Origin: Bugula neritina
Taxonomy: Eukaryota > Animalia > Bryozoa
NCBI GenBank assembly: GCA_964035545.1
Contig: OZ037767.1
Span: forward strand, 16,861,781-16,925,780
Length of the DNA: 64,000 nucleotides
Reading direction: 5' to 3'
Below are positions 14,227-25,013 of this stretch, piece by piece (position 1 is the stretch's first letter; each line of letters starts with the position of its first letter). Position numbers and translations under genes: made by a program. A model generated the notes under the pieces. It did no database searches and was not told where the DNA came from. It saw only the letters and a program-made list of their open reading frames with translations.

Positions 14227-17200
14227 ATGCTTGGGCGACTGTGGAATTTCCTCACTGGTGAAGAAGATGCACCTCCCAGACAGACCAGGTCAGAGTTGTC
14301 TTCTTCCTAAACCACTGTTTTACAATGTAGTGAAATAATCAAAATCTTCAGTTATTTATGAGGAATAAACTAAGCTGCAGTTTAAACAAGCTAGTAGTTA
14401 GCATAAATTTCCATATTATAGCATGAGTACCTCTATATTTCATAGAGGTTTGGGGAAAGGGTTAAGACTTATATCCTAGCAAATAAAGCTTGTGTTCAGC
14501 TATGTATGTTGTCATGTGATCAAAATGCTAGTAAGACGCCACAAGTTAATGTAGACCTCTAGACCAACTCTCATATGACACTGCTCTATCTGGGAGTAAC
14601 ATAGTAAATATAACACTGCTGCAGGCTATGTATTGTTACATCCATTCTTTCTTCACTTCAGCTCTGCTCAAAGCAACTGCTCTGTTTTTACCAGCCATGG
14701 GAGCGTGCATCACGAAGAGAAGGCGAGTTCCACCAGTCTCGCAGAGCCCTTCTCTTGTGAGCAGAGGTAGGAAAGTTACACCGTATTAAATGGACTGTAA
14801 GGTATATACTGCATGCTGAAATCATTTCTGTTTTACCTCCATCTCTGTTCTACCTCCATCTCTGTTCGACCTCCATCTCTGTTCTACCTCCATCTCTGTT
14901 CTACCTCCATCTCTGTTCTACCTCCATTTCTGTTCTACCTCCATCTCTGTTCTACCTCCATTTCTGTTCTACCTCCACCTCTGTTCCACCTCCATCTCTG
15001 TTCTACCTCCACCTCTGTTCTACCTCTATCTCTGTTCTACCTCCATCTCTGTTCTACCTCCATCTCTGTTCTACCTCCATCTCTGTTCTACCTCCATCTC
15101 TGTTCTACCTCCATCTCTGTTCTACCTCCATCTCTGTTCTACCTCCATCTCTGTTCTACCTCCATCTCTGTTCTACCTCCATCTCTGTTCTACCTCCATC
15201 TCTGTTCTACCTCCATCTCTGTTCTACCTCCATCTCTGTTCGACCTCTATCTCTGTTCGACCTCCATGTCTGTTCTACCTCCACCTCTGTTCTACCTCCA
15301 TCTCTGTTCGACCTACATCTCTGTTCTACCTCCATCTCTGTTCTACCTCCATCTCTGTTCTACCTCCATCTCTGTTCTACCTCCATCTCTGTTCTACCTC
15401 CATCTCTGTTCTACCTCCATCTCTGTTCGACCTCCATCTCTGTTCTACCTCCATCTCTGTTCTACCTCCATCTCTGTTCGACCTCCATCTCTGTTCTACC
15501 TCCATCTCTGTTCTACCTCCATCTCTGTTCTACCTCCATCTCTGTTCTACCTCCATCTCTGTTCTTACAGTGAGACCTCCATCTTCCTCCGAGTCAGACC
15601 TGGATCTGAGGTGACTCTAGTCATCCCCCGGAGGAAGAAACCGCGCAGGCCCCGGCGGACTCCATTCACTATCAGCCCTGTTCGCCGGGCTGCGCGAGAG
15701 AGGTGAGTAAAATTTGTGGTGGCAAGTGGTTTTAGAGTTATATAACACAATGCAGGGGTCATTAATCTTGTATCTTGTATATAGGTTACATTTTGTATCC
15801 TGCGTGTAGGTCACATTTGGTATCCTGTATATAGGTCACATGTTGTATCCTGTATATAGGTCACATGTTGTATCCTGTATATAGGTCACATGTTGTATCC
15901 TGTATATAGGTCACATTTGATATCCTGTATGTAGGTCACATCTGCTCACCGATGTGGGCGTCGAGGCAGGCGTTGAGGTCTCCTGTCAGGCGACTCAGTG
16001 CATCCAGCGCTCTGCCTCTGTAGACATCAACTCCCAGAAGAGGTAAGAAAGTCGTGCTGTTAGTATACTGAGATACCTGTTAGTATACTGAGATACCTGT
16101 TAGTATACTGAGATACCTGTTAGTATACTGATAGTATACTGAGATACCTGTTAGTATACTGAGTTACCTGATAATACACTGAGATACCTGATAGTATACT
16201 GAGATACCTGTTAATATACTGAGATACCTGATAGTATACTGAGATACCTGTTAGTATACTGAGTTACCTGATAGTATACTGAGATACCTGATAGTATACT
16301 GAGATACCTGATAGTATACTGAGTTACCTGATAATACACTGAGATACCTGTTAGTATACTGAGATACCTGTTAATATACTGAGATAGCTGATAGTATACT
16401 GAGATACCTGTTAATATACTGAGATACCTGATAGTATACTGAGATACCTGTTAATATACTGAGATACCTGATAGTATACTGAGATACCTGTTAGTATACT
16501 GAGTTACCTGATAGTATACTGAGATACCTGTTAGTATACTGAGATACCTGTTAGTATACTGAGATACCTATTAGTATACTGATAGTATACATGTTTACAG
16601 TTCAGAACCCGGCTGCGTGGACAGATCTGTCCAGTGCGCCACCACCAGCCAGGCTCCAGCCTCCCAGCACAGTCGGGCAAGATCTCGTCTGGAGAGAAAG
16701 ACGTCCACTGCTGGCACCACACTGAGCAGCAGAAAGCCGAGCGGCAGCGGCGTTGCTGTACCACATGAAAGGGCGACATGTGGTCCTCAGGTGGTGTTAA
16801 GTCAGCAGCCTGTTCCAGTCACCTGTTCTCAGGGAAATGTGTTTGCTATGCAAATGGCATACCACCTTGGGCACCTGACAGGCCTGCTGACTACAGCACT
16901 GTAAGTAACCTCTCTTTAACACTTGTTGACACTTACCAGTGAGCTTACTTTCCTAAGTAATTTACTTTTGTGTCTTATTGAGTGTAAATGACACACTGCA
17001 GTATTGAGTTAACCCAGCAGACCCGTAGTGTAATGGTTAACCCTCCCGCTTGCAAGCCAGATGCTTCGGGTTCCACTCCCGGTGGCGGCAAAATTTTATA
17101 AGTTTATAATTTGTGACTTGCAGCAACACTAAGGAGTCAGAGAAGAGAAAGGTAGACGCCAGCACTTTAGTCTCAACACGCTATCCTTCTCTGAAACTAC

Positions 17201-20200
17201 CCAACACCAGATCCGCTTTCACTATCAGCCCTCTCCGCAACTCTGAATCGAGAAGGTAGGAAAGTAATGGAAATCATGTCAGTGAATACTATTGCTCGAG
17301 GACTGATAACACCTACCTGTTGGTTATGGTTACACATCTTGTACCTATCATCACGTTGTGGTGTTCTGCTTCACATGTGTTCTCCATTACAGGCCTACTC
17401 TTGGGTCGCGTCTCTTCAGAAGGCAGGCTGATATAAGTATAGCCGGGCAGCTCACCCTGAGCTCTGGTGTTCCAAGAGAGACAACTCTGTGCTCAACCAT
17501 CGGTCACTCTGATTGGTCCAGTGAGACACTCTGGAAGACATCTGTTCGCAGTGCCCAGAGGTAAGGAGGGTTCCTTTATTATAATTGGAATATTGGTATA
17601 TAATTATATTATCATAATAATTTCATATAATGTTATTAGTGTAATATATTATTATATAACAATACCATCAGTATAATATATTATTGTAATATTATATAAC
17701 ATTACCATTAGTATAATATATAGTGGAATGTTATATATTACTATTAATATTAAACATCATATCTCATTGTCTCTCCAGGACCTACGTGATTCAAAATCAC
17801 TTTATCCAATCAGAGAGCATGACCGGGACTGAGCTGGATACAAAGGAAGTTTTCCGGGAAAAGAGGTAAGAAAATGTAAAAAATGAATTCATAGCTGTAA
17901 AATATTCTACTGGCCCTACTGTGATATACTGTACATAGTATTACTACTCTGTGATATACTGTACATAGTATTACTACTCTGTGATATACTGTATATAGTA
18001 TTACTACTCTGTGATATACTGTATATAGTATTACTACTCTGTGATATACTGTATATAGTATTACTACTCTGTGATATACTGTACATAGTATTACTACTCT
18101 GTGATATACTGTACATAGTATTACTACTATGTGATATACTGTACATAGTATTACTACTCTGTGATATACTGTATATAGTATTACTACTCTGTGATATACT
18201 GTATATAGTATTACTACTCTGTGATATTCTGTATATAGTATTACTACTCTGTGGTATACTGTACATAGTATTACTACTCTGTGATATACTGTACATAGTA
18301 TTACTACTCTGTGATATACTGTATATAGTATTACTACTCTGTGATATACTGTATATAGTATTACTACTCTGTGATATACTGTATATAGTATTACTACTCT
18401 GTGATATACTGTATATAGTATTACTACTCTGTGATATACTGTACATAGTATTACTACTCTGTGATATACTGTACATAGTATTACTACTATGTGATATACT
18501 GTACATAGTATTACTACTCTGTGATATACTGTATATAGTATTACTACTCTGTGATATACTGTATATAGTATTACTACTCTGTGATATTCTGTATATAGTA
18601 TTACTACTCTGTGGTATACTGTACATAGTATTACTACTCTGTGATATACTGTACATAGTATTACTACTCTGTGATATACTGTATATAGTATTAATACTCT
18701 GTGATATACTGTACATAGTATTACTACTCTGTGGTATACTGTATATAGTATTACTACTCTGTGATATACTGTATATAGTATTACTACTCTGTGATATACT
18801 GTACATAGTATTACTACTCTGTGATATACTGTACATAGTATTACTACTCTGTGATATACTGTACATAGTATTACTACTCTGTGGTATACTGTATATAGTA
18901 TTACTACTCTGTGATATACTGTATATAGTATTACTACTCTGTGATATACTGTACATAGTATTACTACACTGTGATATACTGTACATAGTATTACTACTAT
19001 GTGATATACTGTACATAGTATTACTACTCTGTGATATGCTGTATATAGTATTACTACTCTGTGATATACTGTATATAGTATTACTACTCTGTGATATTCT
19101 GTATATAGTATTACTACTCTGTGGTATACTGTATATAGTATTACTACTCTGTGATATACTGTATGTAGTATTACTACTCTGTGATATGCTGTACATAGTA
19201 ATACTACTCTGTGATATACTGTATATAGTATTACTACTCTGTGATATACTGTACATAGTATTACTACTCTGTGATATACTGTATGTAGTATTACTACTCT
19301 GTGATATGCTGTACATAGTAATACTACTCTGTGATATGCTGTATATAGTATTACTACTCTGTGATATGCTGTACATAGTAATACTGCTCTGTTAACAGCC
19401 TGGTCGCCAGCTCCAGCTCGACTATAGTGTCCAGCTCAGAAGGGTCAGATCGAAGGTCAGCTACCTACGTAGTCTCTAGACGGAGCAGCGGGTCAGAGGT
19501 CAGCTTGACTAACACAGTTAGCGAGCTGAGGTCACTGACAGAACTCGAGGAAGAGAGGTAAGATCTCACTACCAGCAAGTGTAGCTTCAGGTTGGATATG
19601 TATTGTAAATACTGTGCTACTGTGGGCTCTTATGTAGAATGATTGTCAGTAAAGAGACGTTACTTTCTTCACACAATTAGTATATATGAGGTGGGTTCAG
19701 TAATGGAGAAATTGAGAAAAACTGGTGCTCTAAATTAGAAATGTAGCACAAGGAATTGTGTTCTCACGAGAATTTCAACCTTCGCCCCAAACATAAATTT
19801 TACAATAAATTTTAAGAAAATTAGACTATCTCAATTTCTCCACTACTGCTCCTACATGTAGTATATATAGTTTGTAATGCCTTGTTGTCACTTTGTTTAT
19901 TAGCTTAGCTCTCAGTCTCTCCTCCAGCCCACCTCGCAGCCTCTCTCTCAGCCCACCTCTCAGCCTCTCTGCTCCTATACCTGACACGACACTCAGCTCT
20001 AGTCTCTCTCCAGCTTCGAGCTCAGCTGTAAGGGTTGTCTCGGGTTCCGCTCGCAGCCTCGCTCTCAGTGTGGCTCGCGGATTCCAGCCAGAGACGCCGT
20101 CGGCTTTGAGCTCAGCTGCGGCTCCTACTGAAGACCAAAGTTCTCTCATTGAGTCAGTGACATATTTGGTCGATACGGCAACACACGACTCTACAGGTAC

Positions 20201-23200
20201 ACAGAGTGGTGCTCCCTCTGTACCCAACACCTCCGCACGCAGAGCTCCTCCACTGCTAGTCTTGAGCTCGGCTCTTGGGTCTGTGTCCAGCTCCTCAATG
20301 AGTTCAGATTGTAGTCTGACTCAGGGAGTGACTGCTGGCACGTTATCAGCTGTCAGCTCGACTTGCAGTTCTTCTATGAGCCTCGCTGATAGCTATGGAA
20401 GTCCACCTTCTGCTGCAACACCTTGTGACTTGAGCTCGGCATGCAGTTCTGTTCATAGTCTCGCTGCCTCCCTTGGACACCCGCCATCTCCTGGCACACC
20501 ATCTGCCTTGAGCTCGGCTTGCAGTTCTTCTATAAACCTCGCTGCCAGTCTAGGAGCTCTGCCATCTCTTGGAACTCCATCAGTTTTAAGCTCGGCCGAT
20601 AGCTCTGCTCTGAGCCTCAATGATAGCCATGGAGAACCATTGGCTGCTGGAACACCATCTGTCCTGAGTTTGGCTTGCAGTTCTTCTATAAGCCTCGCTG
20701 CCAGTCTAGGTACTCCGCCATCTCCTGGCACACCATCTGCTTTGAGCTTGGCATGCAGTTCTGTTCTGAGCCTCGATGATAGCCATGGATGCCCGCCATC
20801 TCCTGGTACTCCGTCAATCCTTAGCTCAGCTTGCAGTTCTACTACAAGCCTCGATGCCCCTCTAGGAGGTTCACCGTCAGCTTTAAGCTCGGCTTGTAGC
20901 TCCTCTATAAGTCTCACCTCCAGCCATGGCAGTGCTCCACCTGCCGCAACGCCATCAGTTCTGAGCTTGGCTTGCAGTTTGGTTACAGGCCTCAATGATG
21001 GTCATGGAGATCCAGCGTCTTTTGCAACACCGTCTGCCCTGGGCTTGACTCCAAGGTCAGTTGACGAGACTGTCTCTGGCTCTTCTTCAACTTCAGCTGC
21101 CAGCCTGGGTTGTGAATTAGAAGCCGAGACACCGCCTGTCTCTAGCTCGACAGCAGGAACTGAATCCTGCTGCACATTGCAAGACACTCTCATCCCGACT
21201 GTTCGCCAAACACGCTCTCTCTTTTCGTGTGACACTTGCGACTGTGAGATGGATTCGTCGGCTGGAGAAATCAGTAATCATGTCTCTTCATCTCAAAAAT
21301 GTTTGCACAGGTTAGAAAGTAATATTTCTTAGTAAAACTTGTTGAAGTACTGCTGAAATAATTTTACAATTATTCCTGCTATAAATAGTGTTAGAAAACG
21401 CATTTAATATACTTTAGGGTTAAAGTTAATGAAAAAAGCTCTTCTGTCATCTAGAAATAGCCACTTTTGTGTTTAGTTACTTTCTCAGTCCTTCCATGTT
21501 ATTCCTGCTACATGCTTCTTATAATACATTGTACCTGACTTTACAGTGTGACTGTGAGCGTTAGTGATAAGGCCATCCAGGCCGATCCAGTCCACCAGGC
21601 TGAACCAGTCCACCAGGCTGAACCAGTCCACCAAGCTGGTCTAGTCCATAAGGCCATCCAAGCTGATCCGGTTCACCAGGCCGATCCAGCCCACCAGGGC
21701 GGTCCAGCCGATAAGGCCATTCATGCCGATCCAGTCTACCATGACAGTCCAGCCCATGAGGCCATTCAAGCTGATCCAGTTTGCCAGGCTGATTCAGCCC
21801 ACAAGGCTATCCAGGCCAATTCAGTCCACCAGGTCGATCCAGTCTACCAGGTCGATCCAGTCTACCAGGACAGTCCAGCTCAACAAGCTGGTCCTGCCCA
21901 TGAGGCCATCCAAGCTGATTCAGTTCACCAGGCTGATCCAGCCCACCAGGCCGGTCCAGCCCACGGTGATGTCAGACCTACTCAGAGCCACTCTACTCAG
22001 TGTGCGCACCATGTTAGCGACACGCTGTCTGCTGCTGTGCAAACTCTAGACAACAAAGTTACTGAGGAGAGGTAAGAAAACTCCATAGAAGTTTATTTGT
22101 TGTATTTTCACTTCTTCTTCCATTAATATTCATATTCCGTATTATACATTATCTCTTCACTTCTTTCAACTTCACTTCTTTACACATGCATCCAGTTCGG
22201 CATTGTGACAGCATATGCAGTATAATACCATAGTATCTCTATGCCGTTCTTCAGCCTCTTTTCTGTTTATGTTCAGCTCACCTCCAGCTGGTCCTCCGAC
22301 ACCAGAAGACAAAGCCAGTCCTGCTGGTCTAGACGGTAAGGTAGAGTCTCCAGTGGCTGTGCCAGGCTGCAGCAGAGAGAGGTAAGTAGCTCGTTGTGTA
22401 CGGCGTAACTCAGTCTGATGTACTTCAGCTCTACGGAGCTTAGTTGTCTGTGTGGAGCCACGTTTAATATATATACCCTTGTCATCTATAGATCTACCAC
22501 TAGCCTCGCTGTCAGCCACTTCCTGTATGGTGACGGTCCGAACTCGAACCGCAGTTCTCACCTTGACTCTGTTTCCACTTCCTCTCTGGAGTCTGTCCAT
22601 AGCTCGGCACTCGGCTATACAACCACGACCAGTGTAGATGATGATTCACCTCAGCCAGATGTTCGGGGATGGACTCTCAGTCCAGTACACAGTTTCACCT
22701 TCTCTGGGAGTTCCAACTCTGAAAGTAATCATGAGACTTTTGTCAAAGAACACTGCGAGCCAAGGTTAGAACCTCACCATATACTGTTTCCTGTATCACT
22801 TGTCAGCGTAGAGAAAGCTGCAAACAGAAAGTGTAGATAGCATAGCTTGATTTATTATTTCTCATTTTAGTACATCCAGACCACAACCACGCTGGAGAAC
22901 TCTAATGTCTGGGATGGCTGTTCCTGTTAGCAGACTCATTAGGAGGCCTGTCACCATTCCTCCCACCGTCAGGTATGTCTACCACCAGACTATGTAACAT
23001 TGTCTGGTAATTTCCTCTACAGTTGTAGTATAGTTATGTCAACCACCAAGTTATGAACTCTCTTCAATGTTGAAGTGAGTTGTAGTTGTTGAACTTGTTG
23101 TTATATTCTCCAGACCGGCTGCCCACGCTGTGTATGTTGGTGGAGCACCTCCAGCAGTGCAGTGTGTTACCGCTTTCCTGCCCACTCCACGGCTCTATGG

Positions 23201-24784
23201 AGCACCAGCCATGAGAGCTAGCTCAAGCAGAGGGTTGAATGGAGCGAGGTAGGACTAATACATGTACAGTTTTGGTGGGAACACGTATTTTATAATAAAA
23301 TAAGTCTATACTGGGGTATATGAAATGTGCTGTATAGTAAATTATTTACGTTATAAACAGAATCTGAATATATTTATATTATTATAATACAAACATGATC
23401 CAATTATATTCTGTGTTTCACAGCACTGTCACCCGATGCCTTTGCCGAAAGGAAGTTCCGGCAAGCTCGATGCTGAAGCGGTATAGCTCAGAGCATGTTT
23501 TTGACCTTGGCCCTTCTACTAAGAGATCGTCTGACACCTATTCGAGATCTAGTAGAAAAGGGTGAGCACATTTTCTCAACTGTGTTTGCGTTAAAGATTC
23601 AGAGCTGTGAATTATAATACTTATGCTCTCCCAATATATACCACTCTCAATATAGGTGTAATCCATTGGGTGGGTGTACCAATACTTATACTGAAGTTGA
23701 GTGTAAACTCGTTCATTCTATCATGCTCATGATATATTAGTTTGAGCAGACTACAACTACGTGTCTGTATTTTCAGCGCCAATCTTCTATGTTCATGTCA
23801 CGGGGAGCACACCGACTGTGAGGAAAGGTAAGAACTGTAGAGTTTGCGTTCTAATGAGGGATATGTGTTGCAATGGTTGTATTTCATTTCTACCACTGAA
23901 CCTGTTATTTGTAAAGTTTTCCAGCTGTTTGTCAGCATGCATTGAAGTCATTTCCTGTTGAGGTACAGCAGCTGAGTAGTTAGTATTGCTGTGAAATCTG
24001 AACATCAATAGAGTTGTAATACTTTAGTTTGATACCTTTTAGCACAATCTCTGAGAGTGAGTCACTGCAAGCCTGTGTTGGAAAGGGTAAGCAGCCGGCT
24101 AAGAAACCGCTTAAAAAGGGACCTCTTAAAAAGGGACCTCCTAAAAAAGGTTCTCTCACAAAAGAACCTCTTAAGAAGGGACCTCTCACAAAAGGACCTC
24201 TTAAGAAGGGACCTCTCAAAAACGGACCTCTTAAAAAAGGACCTCTTACAAAAGGACCTCTCACAAAAGGACCTCTTAATAAAGGACCTTTTAATAAAGG
24301 CCCTCTTACAAAAGGACCTCCTAAAAAGACACCGCTTAGAAAGTCATTAACCAATGGCAGAGCACCAGCTTCTAACCGCCAAGCTGGAGGTGTTGGAAAT
24401 CGTCTGGGGCCTCCAAAAAGAGGAGCTTTGAGCAAAGCACTAAAATTAGGGGCAAAGACTCCTGTAGCTCCTAAAAGAAATGCACCCAGTTCCGGGAGCA
24501 AGCTAGGCTCACGTGCCGCAGCGTCTAAAAAGAAGCAGTCATGTCCTGATGTGTTCACCAGGCTGTCAAGTACACCTCTGCGCGGCGCACCCAGGCGGCT
24601 GAACAGCACTCCAGCTGTCAAGCCACCAGTCAAGTCAAAAACGTCTCGGCCAGCAACCTTGCTTAGTCAGCAGTCCTCTTCTGCCCCACAGCGCAAGATG
24701 AGGCAGTTGAATGCCTCGAAAGCATCGGCTGATGATCTAGAGAAGCGTTGTCCAGTGCTGAAACAGCGCATCCGCAAATCATAG
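14227..24784 (+). CDS. Orphan multi-exon gene, copy A: ~1,576-aa Ser/Pro/Arg/Lys-rich, probably intrinsically disordered repeat protein (18 coding exons)
   Basis: Manual GT-AG splicing gives one stop-free frame. Exons: 14227-14288, 14662-14766, 15571-15702, 15935-16042, 16601-16900, 17124-17255, 17393-17560, 17779-17865, 19399-19557, 19904-21310, 21547-22071, 22277-22381, 22492-22764, 22871-22972, 23114-23248, 23424-23561, 23777-23827, 24043-24784 (total 4731 nt). Start context gccATG; begins MLGRLWNFLTGEEDAPPRQT, ends LKQRIRKS*. All 16 internal exon lengths are multiples of 3. Exons are GC-richer than introns. Track ORFs 16617, 17358, 19893, 21548, 22418 and 24029 are exons of this gene. An acceptor at 14205 implies an upstream non-coding exon. 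Confidence 0.85.
14827..15564. repeat. 17-bp minisatellite (CTGTTCTACCTCCATCT) x~43 in intron 2
   Basis: Direct reading. It explains the 17-aa-period ORF 14813-15706. Confidence 0.95.
15765..15941. repeat. 25-bp repeat (TGTATCCTGTATATAGGTCACATGT) x7 containing the exon-4 acceptor
   Basis: TAG|GT(C/T)ACAT occurs at 25-nt spacing, with AG ending at 15784, 15809, 15834, 15859, 15884, 15909 and 15934. Confidence 0.85.
16057..16590. repeat. 20-bp minisatellite (TAGTATACTGAGATACCTGT/A) x~26 in intron 4; x~11 at 62843-63076
   Basis: Direct reading. Confidence 0.95.
17017..17090 (+). mobile_element. tRNA-derived SINE head / pseudo-tRNA in intron 5 (copy at ~63504-63578)
   Basis: A-box TAGTGTAATGG, degenerate B-box GGTTCCACTCC, and a CTTGCAA anticodon-like loop (Ala-TGC-like). 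Stems pair poorly, and copy B has a broken B box. Confidence 0.6.
17917..19392. repeat. 30-bp minisatellite (CTGTGATATACTGTAYATAGTATTACTACT) x~49 in intron 8
   Basis: Direct reading. It explains ORFs 17916-19376 (-) and 19036-19395 (+). Confidence 0.95.
20260..21045 (+). repeat. Coding 78-bp (26-aa) repeat, LSSACSSxxSLxxSxGxPPSPGTPSx, ~10 copies in exon 10
   Basis: The periodicity is visible in the ORF 19893-21332 translation. Confidence 0.8.
21565..21965 (+). repeat. Coding repeat QADPVH / (K/E)AIQAD in exon 11
   Basis: Translation of ORF 21548-22075. Confidence 0.8.
24101..24340 (+). repeat. Coding 15-bp repeat, KGPL(K/T) x16 in the last coding exon
   Basis: Translation of ORF 24029-24784. 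Confidence 0.85.
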
Positions 24785-25007
24785 TCTCCCGAACTTCTCA
24801 GTCCAAGTTGTTTGGTGGTAGACTGTTGTTGGTTGCAGTTATCCCTGAGTAATGTGTCTCATTGTGCAGGTGGAATACAATGTATCTCATCCATTGATGT
24901 CTTTGATTCTGTTGGCTTGTACAGCTGCTACTTCTACTTTTACTGCTACCCCTATTACTACTGCTCACACTACTCAGTACACTAAGCCCGAGGATGACTG
25001 GATCATC

Positions 25008-25013
25008 AATAAA
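25008..25013 (+). promoter_or_regulatory. Candidate polyadenylation signal of the orphan gene
   Basis: AATAAA ~220 nt downstream of the stop codon. Confidence 0.35.

Larger units (their letters stand above)
1560..17513 (+). repeat. Large direct segmental duplication, copy A (pairs with 46620-64000)
   Basis: Colinear near-identical sequence. For example 17461-17513 matches the last 53 nt of the window (offset 46,487). LINE, AT-rich tract, pseudo-exons and gene exons 1-7 are all repeated. Confidence 0.9.

Noticed and set aside
14813-15706. 297-aa ORF, and ORFs 61871/61887/62170, as proteins
   Set aside because: They are translations of a stop-free 17-bp intronic minisatellite. Only the exon-3 part is coding.
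17017-17090. Functional tRNA-Ala gene
   Set aside because: The acceptor and anticodon stems do not pair well, and the B box is degenerate and broken in copy B.
16057-19392. CRISPR-like arrays
   Set aside because: These are head-to-tail repeats without unique spacers, with no cas genes, in a eukaryotic intronic context.
17916-19395. 486-aa YSISQSSNT ORF (-) and 119-aa ORF (+)
   Set aside because: A 30-bp minisatellite filling intron 8; it is open only because the unit is a stop-free multiple of 3.
19826-24633. Minus-strand ORFs 19826, 20453, 21002, 22172, 23980 and alternate-frame ORFs 21723, 24057
   Set aside because: They are shadows of repetitive + strand exons. The splice signals support only the + strand main frame.
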